This document shows, one piece after another, positions 37,281-45,719 of a DNA stretch of 64,000 bases. The notes beneath the pieces were generated by a model, which was not told the DNA's origin, did no database searches, and saw nothing but the letters and a program-made list of their open reading frames with translations. Position numbers and translations under genes: made by a program. Numbering within the stretch: position 1 is the stretch's first letter; every line of letters begins with the position of its first letter. Source of the DNA: Bryobacterales bacterium (GTDB lineage: Bacteria; Acidobacteriota; Terriglobia; Bryobacterales; Bryobacteraceae); NCBI GenBank assembly GCA_963835855.1, contig CAWIHA010000011.1, forward strand, positions 13,608-77,607, read 5' to 3'.

Positions 37281-38545
37281 TGCCAAAAATGAGGGTCGCG
37301 ATCATCGGCGGCGGCATGATCACGCATCGCCAACTGCTGCCGTCGCTGTATCAGATCGAGCGGGAAGGACGCATCGGCCAGATCACCGTCTGCGCGCGGA
37401 CACGCCGGACTGTGGCCGAACTGGCCGCCTCGGAGACCCTGCGCCGCGCGTTTCCGGGCCAGACCTTCCACGCCTTTCCCGACTCCGGCGATCCCGGCCA
37501 ACCGCATCCCGAGCTGTACCGCGAGGTGATCGGGGAAATGCCGCCGCGCAACCTCGTCGTAGTGGCCGTGCCGGATCAGCTCCACTTTGAGGTCATCATG
37601 ACTGCTCTTCGCGCGAACCAGCACGTGCTTACCGTCAAGCCGCTCGTGCGGAGAGCTGCCGAAGCGGCGGAGATTGAAAGGGAAGCCTTCTCGCGCGGCC
37701 TGATGGCCGGCATCGAATATCACAAGCGCTTCGACCATCGCAGCCTGATCGCGCGAAGGCAGTATCGCGAAGGTCTGTTCGGCGAGTTCCGGCTCGGCGC
37801 GGCGTGCCTGCTCGAGAAGTGGCATTACCGCCACTCGAACTTTCAGAACTGGTGCACGGTGGAGAACTCCGATGCGTTTACCTATATCGGCTGCCACTAT
37901 ATCGACTTGGTGCATTTCATCACCGGCCTCCTGCCCATCGCGGTGAGCGTGCACGGCATCCGCGACCGTTACCCGAACGGCAACGAGGGCTTCCTCTGGA
38001 CGGACGCGCGCGTCCTTTGGTCGAACGGCGCGTGCCTCAATGTTCAGAACGCGCTCGGCTTCCCCGATGCAGCGCCGGGCGCGAACGCGCAAGGTCTCAC
38101 CATGTACTGCGCCGGGGCGGACAACGGCGCGCTCATCGCACACTCCGATCAGTACCGAGGGTTGGAATATTCTTACGCGCGAACACCCAGCGCCTCCGGC
38201 GCGGCCGGGTACGCCGAGCCCAACCCTGATTATTTCCAGTACCTCGATCTCGGAGGCCTGGGTTTGGCGCCGGCAGGTTACGGCTACCGCTCGGTCGTGC
38301 ACATCGTCTCCAACGCGCTCCGCCTTGAGAGGGAGACCGCAGGCCTCGACGGTGCCGAAGCCCTGGCGCGGCGTCAGCGGATACTGAAAGAGTTCGACGA
38401 GGCCGGTATCATGGCGACGCCCGCGAACAGCCGCTCGAACGAGCTTGCGATCGAAGCCGGGCGGCTTTCGATCCTGAACGGAGGCCGGGAGGCCGTGATC
38501 GATTACGGCAACCAGCCGCGCGTCCGGCTCCGCGAATATGCATGA
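37280..38545 (+). CDS. Gfo/Idh/MocA family oxidoreductase
   Basis: MRVAIIGGGMI Rossmann start. ATG overlaps the aminotransferase stop (TGATG). AGGAGG lies 10 nt upstream. Confidence 0.8.
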   Translation: MPKMRVAIIGGGMITHRQLLPSLYQIEREGRIGQITVCARTRRTVAELAASETLRRAFPGQTFHAFPDSGDPGQPHPELYREVIGEMPPRNLVVVAVPDQLHFEVIMTALRANQHVLTVKPLVRRAAEAAEIEREAFSRGLMAGIEYHKRFDHRSLIARRQYREGLFGEFRLGAACLLEKWHYRHSNFQNWCTVENSDAFTYIGCHYIDLVHFITGLLPIAVSVHGIRDRYPNGNEGFLWTDARVLWSNGACLNVQNALGFPDAAPGANAQGLTMYCAGADNGALIAHSDQYRGLEYSYARTPSASGAAGYAEPNPDYFQYLDLGGLGLAPAGYGYRSVVHIVSNALRLERETAGLDGAEALARRQRILKEFDEAGIMATPANSRSNELAIEAGRLSILNGGREAVIDYGNQPRVRLREYA

Positions 38546-38684
38546 GCCCGCCTTTTGCTTTTTTCTGCTGGTTTTGCTAAGTTATCGGTTTTGATCGAGC
38601 CACGTTGCGGCTGCATTCCTTACCGGTCCCCACAGCGCCTTCCCGGAGCCCGAGTGCGGCGCTCAGTGCGGCTGCCGTGACACC

Positions 38685-39155
38685 ATGGCGGATAATAGGA
38701 CGAGCGAGACCAAGCGCGTAGACACCTACCTCGATTCCGCATTGGGCAGCGCGGATGAAGCTGAGCGCTTGGTTCTGGACGTGGCCCGTGCGGCCGGCGT
38801 CCCGGAGGACGAATTGCACAAGTTAGGGATGGCCGTCCACGAGTCGATCGTCAACGCCGTTGTGCATGGCAACCGTTATAACGCCCGAAAGAAGGTTCAC
38901 CTCGAAGTGGCAAATGCACTGGACCGCCTGACCGTGACCGTCACGGATGAAGGGGAAGGGTTCGAACTCACTGCGCTGCCCGATCCAGTGGCCGAGCAGA
39001 ACCTGCTCCAGCAGTCAGGCCGCGGTATTTTCCTCATCCGGACATTCGTCGATGAGTTTCGGGTCCGTCGGCTGGCCCCGTGCGGAACCGAAGTCAAGCT
39101 GGTAAAGTACATACGCAAGCCATCATCAAGTTCCTTAAGGAGGTCGAATCTGTGA
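38685..39155 (+). CDS. Anti-sigma regulatory factor, Ser/Thr kinase (RsbW/SpoIIAB-like, HATPase_c_2)
   Basis: HESIVNAVVHGN N-box, VTDEGEGF G1 box, GRGIFLIRTFVDE. Confidence 0.85.
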   Translation: MADNRTSETKRVDTYLDSALGSADEAERLVLDVARAAGVPEDELHKLGMAVHESIVNAVVHGNRYNARKKVHLEVANALDRLTVTVTDEGEGFELTALPDPVAEQNLLQQSGRGIFLIRTFVDEFRVRRLAPCGTEVKLVKYIRKPSSSSLRRSNL

Positions 39156-39496
39156 GTGCTAAACTCAGCCCGCGCCAGGTGGGCGACGTTACTGTCATTG
39201 ATGTTTCCGGCCGGATCACGTTGGGAGAGGGTTCGAGCAATCTTCGAGACGGCATCCGGGCCCTGCTGTCGAAGGGGCAGAAGAAGGTGCTGCTGAACCT
39301 CGGAGACGTTTCCTACATCGATAGCTCGGGGATCGGCGAGCTGGTCTCGGCCTTTACGTCGGTTACAAATCAGGGCGGCCGGTTGAAGCTCCTGAATCTG
39401 ACCAAAAGGGTTCGAGATCTGTTGCAGATCACGAAGCTCTATACCGTCTTCGAGGTGTTCGACGACGAGGCATCGGCGATCCGCAGCTTCTCGTAA
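39152..39496 (+). CDS. Anti-sigma factor antagonist (STAS domain, RsbV/SpoIIAA-like)
   Basis: GTG 7 nt after AAGGAGG, overlapping the kinase stop (GTGA). Phosphorylatable-site context SYIDSSGIGELV. Confidence 0.88.
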   Translation: MSAKLSPRQVGDVTVIDVSGRITLGEGSSNLRDGIRALLSKGQKKVLLNLGDVSYIDSSGIGELVSAFTSVTNQGGRLKLLNLTKRVRDLLQITKLYTVFEVFDDEASAIRSFS

Positions 39497-39623
39497 CGGG
39501 CCGAAAGTTCTGGCAGTGGCATGGTGCCGGGGAATCGGTGTAGAGAACTGTCCCCTGGCGGCGTGCCCCAGCGCGGTGGGACCGCAGCCCTTATGCTAAA
39601 ATGAAATCGCTCCTGAGGTTTCC

Positions 39624-40328
39624 GTGGACAGAATCACCCGTAAACAATTAAAAAGTGACGAGTTTGCCATCAAAGCCGGGCAAACCGTAGAGTTCTTCAG
39701 CGAGCATCGCCAGCAGGTCGTCTGGTATGGCGCCGCTGGTATCGTCGCGGTGTTGCTGGTGCTGGGGGTCTTCGGTTATCGCAGCCACCAGCGCGCCATC
39801 CGCGAGAATGCGCTGGATGCCGCTCTTGAAATTCAGAATGCGAACGTCGGCCCGGCACGGAGCCAGTTCGTTCGCACCTTCCCTTCCGAGGGGGAAAGAA
39901 ACAAGGCGGCCGAGAAGGCGTTCCGTGATCTGGCGGGCAAATACTCCGGCACGAACGAGGGCACGATCGCCGAGTACTACCTGGGTGTCATCGCCGCGGA
40001 CGAAGGCAAGCTGGCAGAGGCGGAAAAACATTATAAGCAGGTAGTCGATTCCGGTAACTATAACTATGCATCGATTGCCGAGCTTGCGCTGGCAGACATC
40101 TATAAGAACGAAGGCAAGCTAGCCGACGGCGAAAAACTCCTGCGAGCCCTGATAGCCAACCCCTCAGATTTCGTGTCTAAGGACCAGGCCACGATCGCAT
40201 TGGCTCGCCTGATTGCATCCAGCCATCCCGAGGAGGCCCGCAACCTGCTTCTGCCGCTGCGCACCGAAAACAGCGCCGTCAGCCGTGTGGTGGTGGCCGC
40301 GCTCGGCGAAATCTCGCAGATGAAGTAG
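39624..40328 (+). CDS. Membrane-anchored TPR-like protein (YfgM-like)
   Basis: GTG start, the N-terminal LKSDEF... motif, one TM (VVWYGAAGIVAVLLVLGVF) and TPR-like helices. Confidence 0.65.
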   Translation: MDRITRKQLKSDEFAIKAGQTVEFFSEHRQQVVWYGAAGIVAVLLVLGVFGYRSHQRAIRENALDAALEIQNANVGPARSQFVRTFPSEGERNKAAEKAFRDLAGKYSGTNEGTIAEYYLGVIAADEGKLAEAEKHYKQVVDSGNYNYASIAELALADIYKNEGKLADGEKLLRALIANPSDFVSKDQATIALARLIASSHPEEARNLLLPLRTENSAVSRVVVAALGEISQMK

Positions 40329-40336
40329 TTGCCCGG

Positions 40337-41455
40337 ATGAAAACGGCGCGCCTGGGACCGCGATTCCCGGTCGAACAAAGCCGCGGCCGCCGCTACCCCG
40401 AGCTGTCTCATCCTTACCGGAACGAATTCCAGCGCGACCGCGACCGCATCGTCCACGCGCGCGCGTTCCGGCGCCTGGAAGACAAGACCCAGGTCTTCAC
40501 GGCCGGTCTCTCGGACCACTTCCGCAACCGGCTGACGCACACAATCGAGGTCTCGCAGATCGCCCGCACGGTTGCTTCGGCGATCGGCCTCGATGAAGAC
40601 CTCACTGAAGCTCTCTCGCTCGCGCACGACATCGGCCACCCCCCGTTCGCTCATGCCGGAGAAGAGGAGCTCGACCGGCAGATGGGCCGCTTCGGCGAGC
40701 ACTTCGATCACAACCTGCACGCGCTCCGCATCGTCGAGAGCTTCGAGCAGCGCTACGCGCGTTTCCCAGGGTTGAACCTGACATTCGAGGTCCGCGAGGG
40801 TATTGTCAAGCACTCGCGCGATCTGGCTCCCGGTCCCGATCTTGAAGAGTACCTGCCCGGCTTGCGCCCCCCGCTCGAAGCGCAGCTCATCGATTGGGCC
40901 GACGAGATCGCTTATAACACTGCGGATCTCGACGACGCATTTTCCGCGCGCTTTTTTGAAATTGCCGCCGTGGTGGAAAATGTCCCGCAGTTCGCCGGGA
41001 TTTGGGTCGAGATCGAGAGCCAGTTCCCCGGCGCGTCCGAGCGCATCTGGTTTCAGGAGAGCCTGCGGCGGCTGATCGACCTATTGGTCTCGGGCCTGAT
41101 CGAGGGGACCCGAAAGGCCATCGAGAACGCCGGGGTTAGCACTGTCGAGGACGTGCGGCGGCATCCAAGCCGGCTGGCCTGCTTCAACGCGCCCGCCGCC
41201 GGGCTGAATTCCGCGTTGAAGCAGTTTTTGCACCGGCACGTTTACTTCTCCCCGCCGCTGGTGGAGGAGCGGCGCCGCTCCGCCACGATGATCGCCGAGC
41301 TCTTCCAATTCTTCCTGGAACACCCTGAGCGCCTGCCCGCTTCTTACCTGGAGGAAGCCGCCGGCCAGCCGCTGCACTGGCTTGTGTGCGACTACATCGC
41401 CGGCATGACCGACGGCTATTTCTGCCGCATCCATAAGGAGATGCTCGGGGGCTAA
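40337..41455 (+). CDS. dgt: dGTP triphosphohydrolase-like HD-domain protein
   Basis: FQRDRDRIVHARAFRRLEDKTQVF, RNRLTHTIEVSQIAR, HDIGHPPFAH motifs. Confidence 0.9.
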   Translation: MKTARLGPRFPVEQSRGRRYPELSHPYRNEFQRDRDRIVHARAFRRLEDKTQVFTAGLSDHFRNRLTHTIEVSQIARTVASAIGLDEDLTEALSLAHDIGHPPFAHAGEEELDRQMGRFGEHFDHNLHALRIVESFEQRYARFPGLNLTFEVREGIVKHSRDLAPGPDLEEYLPGLRPPLEAQLIDWADEIAYNTADLDDAFSARFFEIAAVVENVPQFAGIWVEIESQFPGASERIWFQESLRRLIDLLVSGLIEGTRKAIENAGVSTVEDVRRHPSRLACFNAPAAGLNSALKQFLHRHVYFSPPLVEERRRSATMIAELFQFFLEHPERLPASYLEEAAGQPLHWLVCDYIAGMTDGYFCRIHKEMLGG

Positions 41456-41546
41456 TGGGCAGGCTCGGGCGCGATTCACAATCGTCAACCCGCCCGGGCG
41501 GTAAGCCTTCGGGAGCCGTATGCGATGATGGAGATCCACTCCCGTT

Positions 41547-42179
41547 ATGGCCTGTAAGATTTGTGAAACGCGCCGTCCGCGGCGCGCTTGTCCCGGCGCC
41601 GGGGGCGAGATCTGCCCGGTGTGCTGCGGCACCGAGCGCGAGAACAGCATCGCCTGCCCGCTCGACTGCCCGTACCTCGAAGAGGCCCGTGCCCGCGAAA
41701 AGTCCCCGGTCCTCGATCCGAAGGATATTCCGAACCTGGATATTCAGGTTTCGGACCAGTTCCTGCGCGACAGGGAGCCGCTGCTGGCTTTCCTGGCCCG
41801 CGCTGTGGTCGAAGCCGGACTCGATACCGCCGGCGCCGTGGACACCGATGTGCGCGAGGCGCTAGATTCGCTGATTCGCACGTACCGTACGCTCCAGAGT
41901 GGCCTCTATTACGAGACCCGGCCAGCGAATCTGCTCGCGGCCGGCATCCAGGGCCGGCTGCGCGAAAGTATCGACGAGTTCCGGCGCAAGGATACAGAGC
42001 AGCACGGAATGGCGACGCTGCGCGATGCTGACGTGCTGGGCGTGCTCGTGTTTCTTCGGCGCATGGAGTGGCAACACAATAACGGGCGCAAGCGCGGCCG
42101 CGCGTTCCTTGATTTCCTGGGGAGATACTTTGCGGGCACGAGCGACGCGGCATCTGCCTCGCCGCTCGTGCTGCCATAG
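41547..42179 (+). CDS. Cys-rich hypothetical protein
   Basis: N-terminal CKICETRRPRRACPGAGGEICPVCCGTERENSIACPLDCPY cluster followed by a helical domain. No family recognised. Confidence 0.6.
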   Translation: MACKICETRRPRRACPGAGGEICPVCCGTERENSIACPLDCPYLEEARAREKSPVLDPKDIPNLDIQVSDQFLRDREPLLAFLARAVVEAGLDTAGAVDTDVREALDSLIRTYRTLQSGLYYETRPANLLAAGIQGRLRESIDEFRRKDTEQHGMATLRDADVLGVLVFLRRMEWQHNNGRKRGRAFLDFLGRYFAGTSDAASASPLVLP

Positions 42180-42275
42180 GCGAGCTTCACCTCCGATTCC
42201 CTCATTCTTGCGAACAGTTTGTTTTGGTGCGGCGCCGCTTTATGATAGGTAACGAGGATTTGCGGGGGGCTGGTT

Positions 42276-42701
42276 ATGCTTCGACTCAAGGAAATCTTGC
42301 ACCAGCGCGCCATGTTCTCGGCCAAACCTGGCCAGAGCGTGGTGGAAGTGGCGCAGCAAATGGCCGCACGCAACATCGGCGCCATTCTCGTGCTTGAAAA
42401 CGGGGAGCTTCGAGGAGTGTTCAGCGAACGCGACTTGATGAAGCGCGTCATCGTGGAAGGCTTGGATCCCGCGAACACGCCGGTCGAGAGCGTCATGTCC
42501 ACCGATCTGACCAAGGCGGACGAAGATTCGACTGCCGAGCAGGCGTTGGAGCTGATGCGGCGGGGCAACTGCCGGCATCTTCCGGTCATGCGCGGCGATC
42601 AAGTCGTGGGTTTCATCTCCATGCGCGATCTGATGATCTCCGAGCTCGAGCGGAAGACCGAAGAGTTGCAACACATGCGGGACTATATCCAGAGCGCGTG
42701 A
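42276..42701 (+). CDS. CBS-pair domain protein
   Basis: Two CBS motifs (GAILVLENGELRGVFSERDLM; LPVMRGDQVVGFISMRDLM). Confidence 0.85.
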   Translation: MLRLKEILHQRAMFSAKPGQSVVEVAQQMAARNIGAILVLENGELRGVFSERDLMKRVIVEGLDPANTPVESVMSTDLTKADEDSTAEQALELMRRGNCRHLPVMRGDQVVGFISMRDLMISELERKTEELQHMRDYIQSA

Positions 42702-42784
42702 AGAGCGGCATGGCCGTGTTCGCCTACGGCTCGCGCATCGAGCGGCAAATCACGCGGTAGGCACGGTGAGCCCCCGCGCCGCGC

Positions 42785-43714
42785 CTACTCGGCGGCACGA
42801 ACCTCGACACGCGGGTACACTTCTTTCGTTTGCGCGAGAGAAGCGAAGGTCACGCCAGGCAGCCGCGCCGAAGCGGTGCCCGTTGCGACTCCCCAGCGGA
42901 GCGCGTCCGCGAAACTCTGCTTCCGGGAGCGGGCCCAGACGAACGCCGCCGCGAGCGCGTCTCCGGAGCCAATCGGGCACACGGCGTCCACGCGGGGCGC
43001 GACGACCTCGATGACGCCGTCCGCGGTCGCGCCGATCGCGCCGCGGCTCCCGACCGACAAGATGACCGATTCCGCGCCCATCTGCCGAATACGCTCTGCA
43101 GCCGCAAAGAAATGGCCGCGCGTGATCAGCGCGGTGTTGAGCAGCCGCTCGGCCTCCTGCTGGTTCGGCGCGACCACCGCCGGGCCGGCTTCAACGCCTT
43201 CGAGGAGCGCGTCGCCATCCGTGTCGAGCAGCGTCTTGACGCCGTGCACGCGGGCGAGTTTGATGAGCCGGGAGTAAAAATTCGCCGGCACGCCAGGCGG
43301 AACGCTTCCGCAAAGCATCAGCCAGTTTGCGCCCGCCAGCTTGAGCCGTACGGCCTCCTGCAGCCGGTCCAGTTCGGTCTTGTGCAACTGCGGGCCGTGC
43401 TCGTTCAGTTTGACCGTGAGCCCTTGCCGGTCGGTGATGATGAGATTGGTGCGGATGTCGTTCTTGATCGCAACCAGCTCGACCGGGAAGCCGCAACTGC
43501 AGACTAATTGCCGGAAGCGCTTGGAGGATTCTCCGCCGCAGGTTGCAATCGCGACCGTCTTGCCGCCGAAGGAATGGATGACGCACGAGGCGTTGATGCC
43601 GCGGCCGCCGGCGGATTCCGAGGTCGATAGAATGTACCCCCGGTCTTCGAACACGAGCCGGTCGGCCGTTACATTGTGATCTATCGCCGGGTTGATGGTA
43701 AGCGTGAGGATCAA
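42785..43714 (-). CDS. PfkB-family 1-phosphofructokinase/tagatose-6-phosphate kinase-like sugar kinase
   Basis: A TTG start gives MILTLTINPAIDH, typical of the family. GGRGINAS and C-terminal GSGDALAAAF motifs. ORF-track start 43861 rejected. Confidence 0.85.
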   Translation of the reverse strand: MILTLTINPAIDHNVTADRLVFEDRGYILSTSESAGGRGINASCVIHSFGGKTVAIATCGGESSKRFRQLVCSCGFPVELVAIKNDIRTNLIITDRQGLTVKLNEHGPQLHKTELDRLQEAVRLKLAGANWLMLCGSVPPGVPANFYSRLIKLARVHGVKTLLDTDGDALLEGVEAGPAVVAPNQQEAERLLNTALITRGHFFAAAERIRQMGAESVILSVGSRGAIGATADGVIEVVAPRVDAVCPIGSGDALAAAFVWARSRKQSFADALRWGVATGTASARLPGVTFASLAQTKEVYPRVEVRAAE

Positions 43715-43929
43715 GCTTCCATTGTATGCGGAAACCGAATGATTGCCCCTGCAGGGCAATATCCTAAGTGTCGAAAAGTGTTCGGCGGCGGGGAAACGTC
43801 TATCCTGCCCTTCTGGGCGCGTAACTACCGTCCCGGCGGGATACCGCCCGGCTGCCTCCACGTTCTACGCTAAAATTAGAAACGATCGAGCGGCGGATTA
43901 CGTCCGCTACGAAGAGGAGGGGTTGAGGG

Positions 43930-44586
43930 ATGAGAAATCTGGGTGTACTGACGAGTACTCTTTGCCTGGCCGCGGCATTCACGGCTCTAGCGCCGCGCGC
44001 TCAGGCAGACCAATGGGACAAAAAGACGATCGTGACGTTCAACCAACCGGTAGAGATATCGGGAACTGTGCTTGCACCGGGCACCTACGTGTTCAAGTTG
44101 GTCAATTTGACCGACCGAAACATTGTCCAGATATCCGACGCGACCGAAACGCACGTGTACGCCACGATCCTGGCGATACCAGATTACCGGGTGAATCTGC
44201 CGTGGAAGAGCAAGCCGAAGATCGGCATCCGGGAAACCGCGTCCGGAGCGCCTCCAGCGATTAAAGATTGGTTCGCCCCGAGCGACCAGTTCGGGCAGGA
44301 ATTCCTGTATCAGCCACTGCCGGTCACGCAAGTGGCCGCCGTTCAACCGATGCCGGAGCAGCCTAAGCCAGTACAGGCTCAGCCGGAACAGCAGGCGGCT
44401 ATGACGCCCCCGGCGGCGCCCGCGCCTGAGCAGCAACCGGTGGAAACCGCACAAGCGGCTCCGCCGCCCGCGGCGCCTCAAGATCTGCCGAGGACTGCGA
44501 GCCCTTATCCGCTTGTGGGCCTGATCGGCTTGCTGTCGCTCGCTGCCGCCGGCGGGCTGCGTGTGTTTTCAAAGCGAAGCGCCTGA
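43930..44586 (+). CDS. Secreted hypothetical protein with a Pro/Ala/Gln-rich linker and an LPRTAS + hydrophobic + basic C-terminal sorting-like signal
   Basis: Signal peptide MRNLGVLTSTLCLAAAFTALAPRAQA. C-terminus ..DLPRTASPYPLVGLIGLLSLAAAGGLRVFSKRSA. GAGGAGGGG RBS. Confidence 0.75.
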   Translation: MRNLGVLTSTLCLAAAFTALAPRAQADQWDKKTIVTFNQPVEISGTVLAPGTYVFKLVNLTDRNIVQISDATETHVYATILAIPDYRVNLPWKSKPKIGIRETASGAPPAIKDWFAPSDQFGQEFLYQPLPVTQVAAVQPMPEQPKPVQAQPEQQAAMTPPAAPAPEQQPVETAQAAPPPAAPQDLPRTASPYPLVGLIGLLSLAAAGGLRVFSKRSA

Positions 44587-44599
44587 AAAATACCCGAAA

Positions 44600-44632
44600 C
44601 GCTCTTGGCGTTCTCCGAAGACGCCAAGAGCG
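44600..44632 (+). terminator. Perfect 12-bp stem hairpin downstream of the secreted protein gene
   Basis: CGCTCTTGGCGT-TCTCCGAAG-ACGCCAAGAGCG read directly. It is followed by CCCGGGTTT, which is only a weak U-tract. Confidence 0.45.
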
Positions 44633-44697
44633 CCCGGGTTTCCACGTTTGAGCTAAGATAGGTCCAGAGCATACCGGGTGACTACCGGATCGCGGGA

Positions 44698-45042
44698 GTG
44701 GCCGCGCATTCGCACGCACCTCTGGGCCAAATGAGATTTGAAGCCAAGCTAATTCTGCTCCTTCAAGAACCGCTGCATAATTCGTCCCGGCACGCGGATG
44801 CGCGCAACATGCGGATCGCCGTTCGCCGGCGAGGCCAACGCTTTTGGCTTACTGTGCAGAACGAGGGCAAGGGCTTTGACGCCGAGAGGGTCCGCGTCCT
44901 TGGCTTGATCGGCATGGGCGGGCGTGCTGAGAGCCCCGGCGGCGCCTTTCAGATGCAATCCCGGCCCGGCCTGGGGACATTACTCGCCGTCGAATCACCG
45001 CTCGTTTCACCGGGCTTGCAGGTTTCGAGCGCAGGCCTATGA
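44698..45042 (+). pseudogene. 5'-truncated, degenerate NarL-class histidine kinase remnant (HATPase_c part only)
   Basis: LLQEPLHNSSRHADA (N-box-like), VQNEGKGFD (G1-like), VLGLIGMGGRAESPGGAFQMQSRPGLGT (G2-like). There is no HisKA_3/H-box or sensor region; the frame opens only at 44662, just after a hairpin. ATGA overlap with the downstream regulator is retained. Confidence 0.6.
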
Positions 45043-45689
45043 GTACAATTCGAATTCTGCTGGCCGACGATCACACACTGATGCGGGCCGGCTTGCGGCT
45101 GCTGCTCGATCGCCAGCCGGGTTTGGCGGTGATCGGCGAAGCCGCCGACGGAAACGAGACTGTCGAATTGGCGGACGCCCATAAGCCGGACGTGGTGGTC
45201 ATGGATATCTCCATGCCGCGGCTGAATGGCATCGAGGCCACACGGCAGATCGCCGGCAAGCATCCGGACACTGCCGTGGTGATTCTGAGCATGCATGCGG
45301 ATGAAAGCTACGTCCTGCGCGCGCTCAAGGCCGGCGCCCGTGCTTACCTGCTGAAAGACTCCACCGAGGCGGAACTGATTGGCGCCATCCGGGCCGTCCG
45401 CGAGGGCAAGTCCTTTTTCAGCCCCGGCGTCAGTAAGACCTTGCTCGAGGATTATGTGCGGCGGCTCCGGGAACGGGGCGGCGAGGACAGCTACGAGTTG
45501 CTGACTGCGCGCGAGCGCGAGATTCTGCAGTTGCTCGCGGAGGGCAAATCGAATAAGGAGACGGCGAATCTCCTGAAGCTGAGTCTCTACACTATAGAGA
45601 CGCACCGGGCCCATATCCTCCGGAAACTTGGATTGCACACCGTACCCGAGCTGATCCTTTACGCCGTTCGCAAGGGCATTGTCAGCTAA
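45039..45689 (+). CDS. LuxR/NarL-family response regulator
   Basis: REC (ILLADDH..VVVMDISMP..) plus C-terminal HTH (LTAREREILQLLAEGKSNKETANLLKLSLYTIETHR). Confidence 0.93.
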   Translation: MSTIRILLADDHTLMRAGLRLLLDRQPGLAVIGEAADGNETVELADAHKPDVVVMDISMPRLNGIEATRQIAGKHPDTAVVILSMHADESYVLRALKAGARAYLLKDSTEAELIGAIRAVREGKSFFSPGVSKTLLEDYVRRLRERGGEDSYELLTAREREILQLLAEGKSNKETANLLKLSLYTIETHRAHILRKLGLHTVPELILYAVRKGIVS

Positions 45690-45719
45690 ACTCGGTTTCT
45701 GGGCCGGTCAAAGCAGGAA

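Noticed and set aside
40337-41455. dGTPase-like gene as a possible anti-phage nucleotide-depletion defence gene.
   Set aside because: It has native-looking composition and sits among housekeeping genes (TPR/YfgM-like, CBS, sugar kinase). The HD-domain dGTPase-like protein is a common core gene, and no defence-island context exists.
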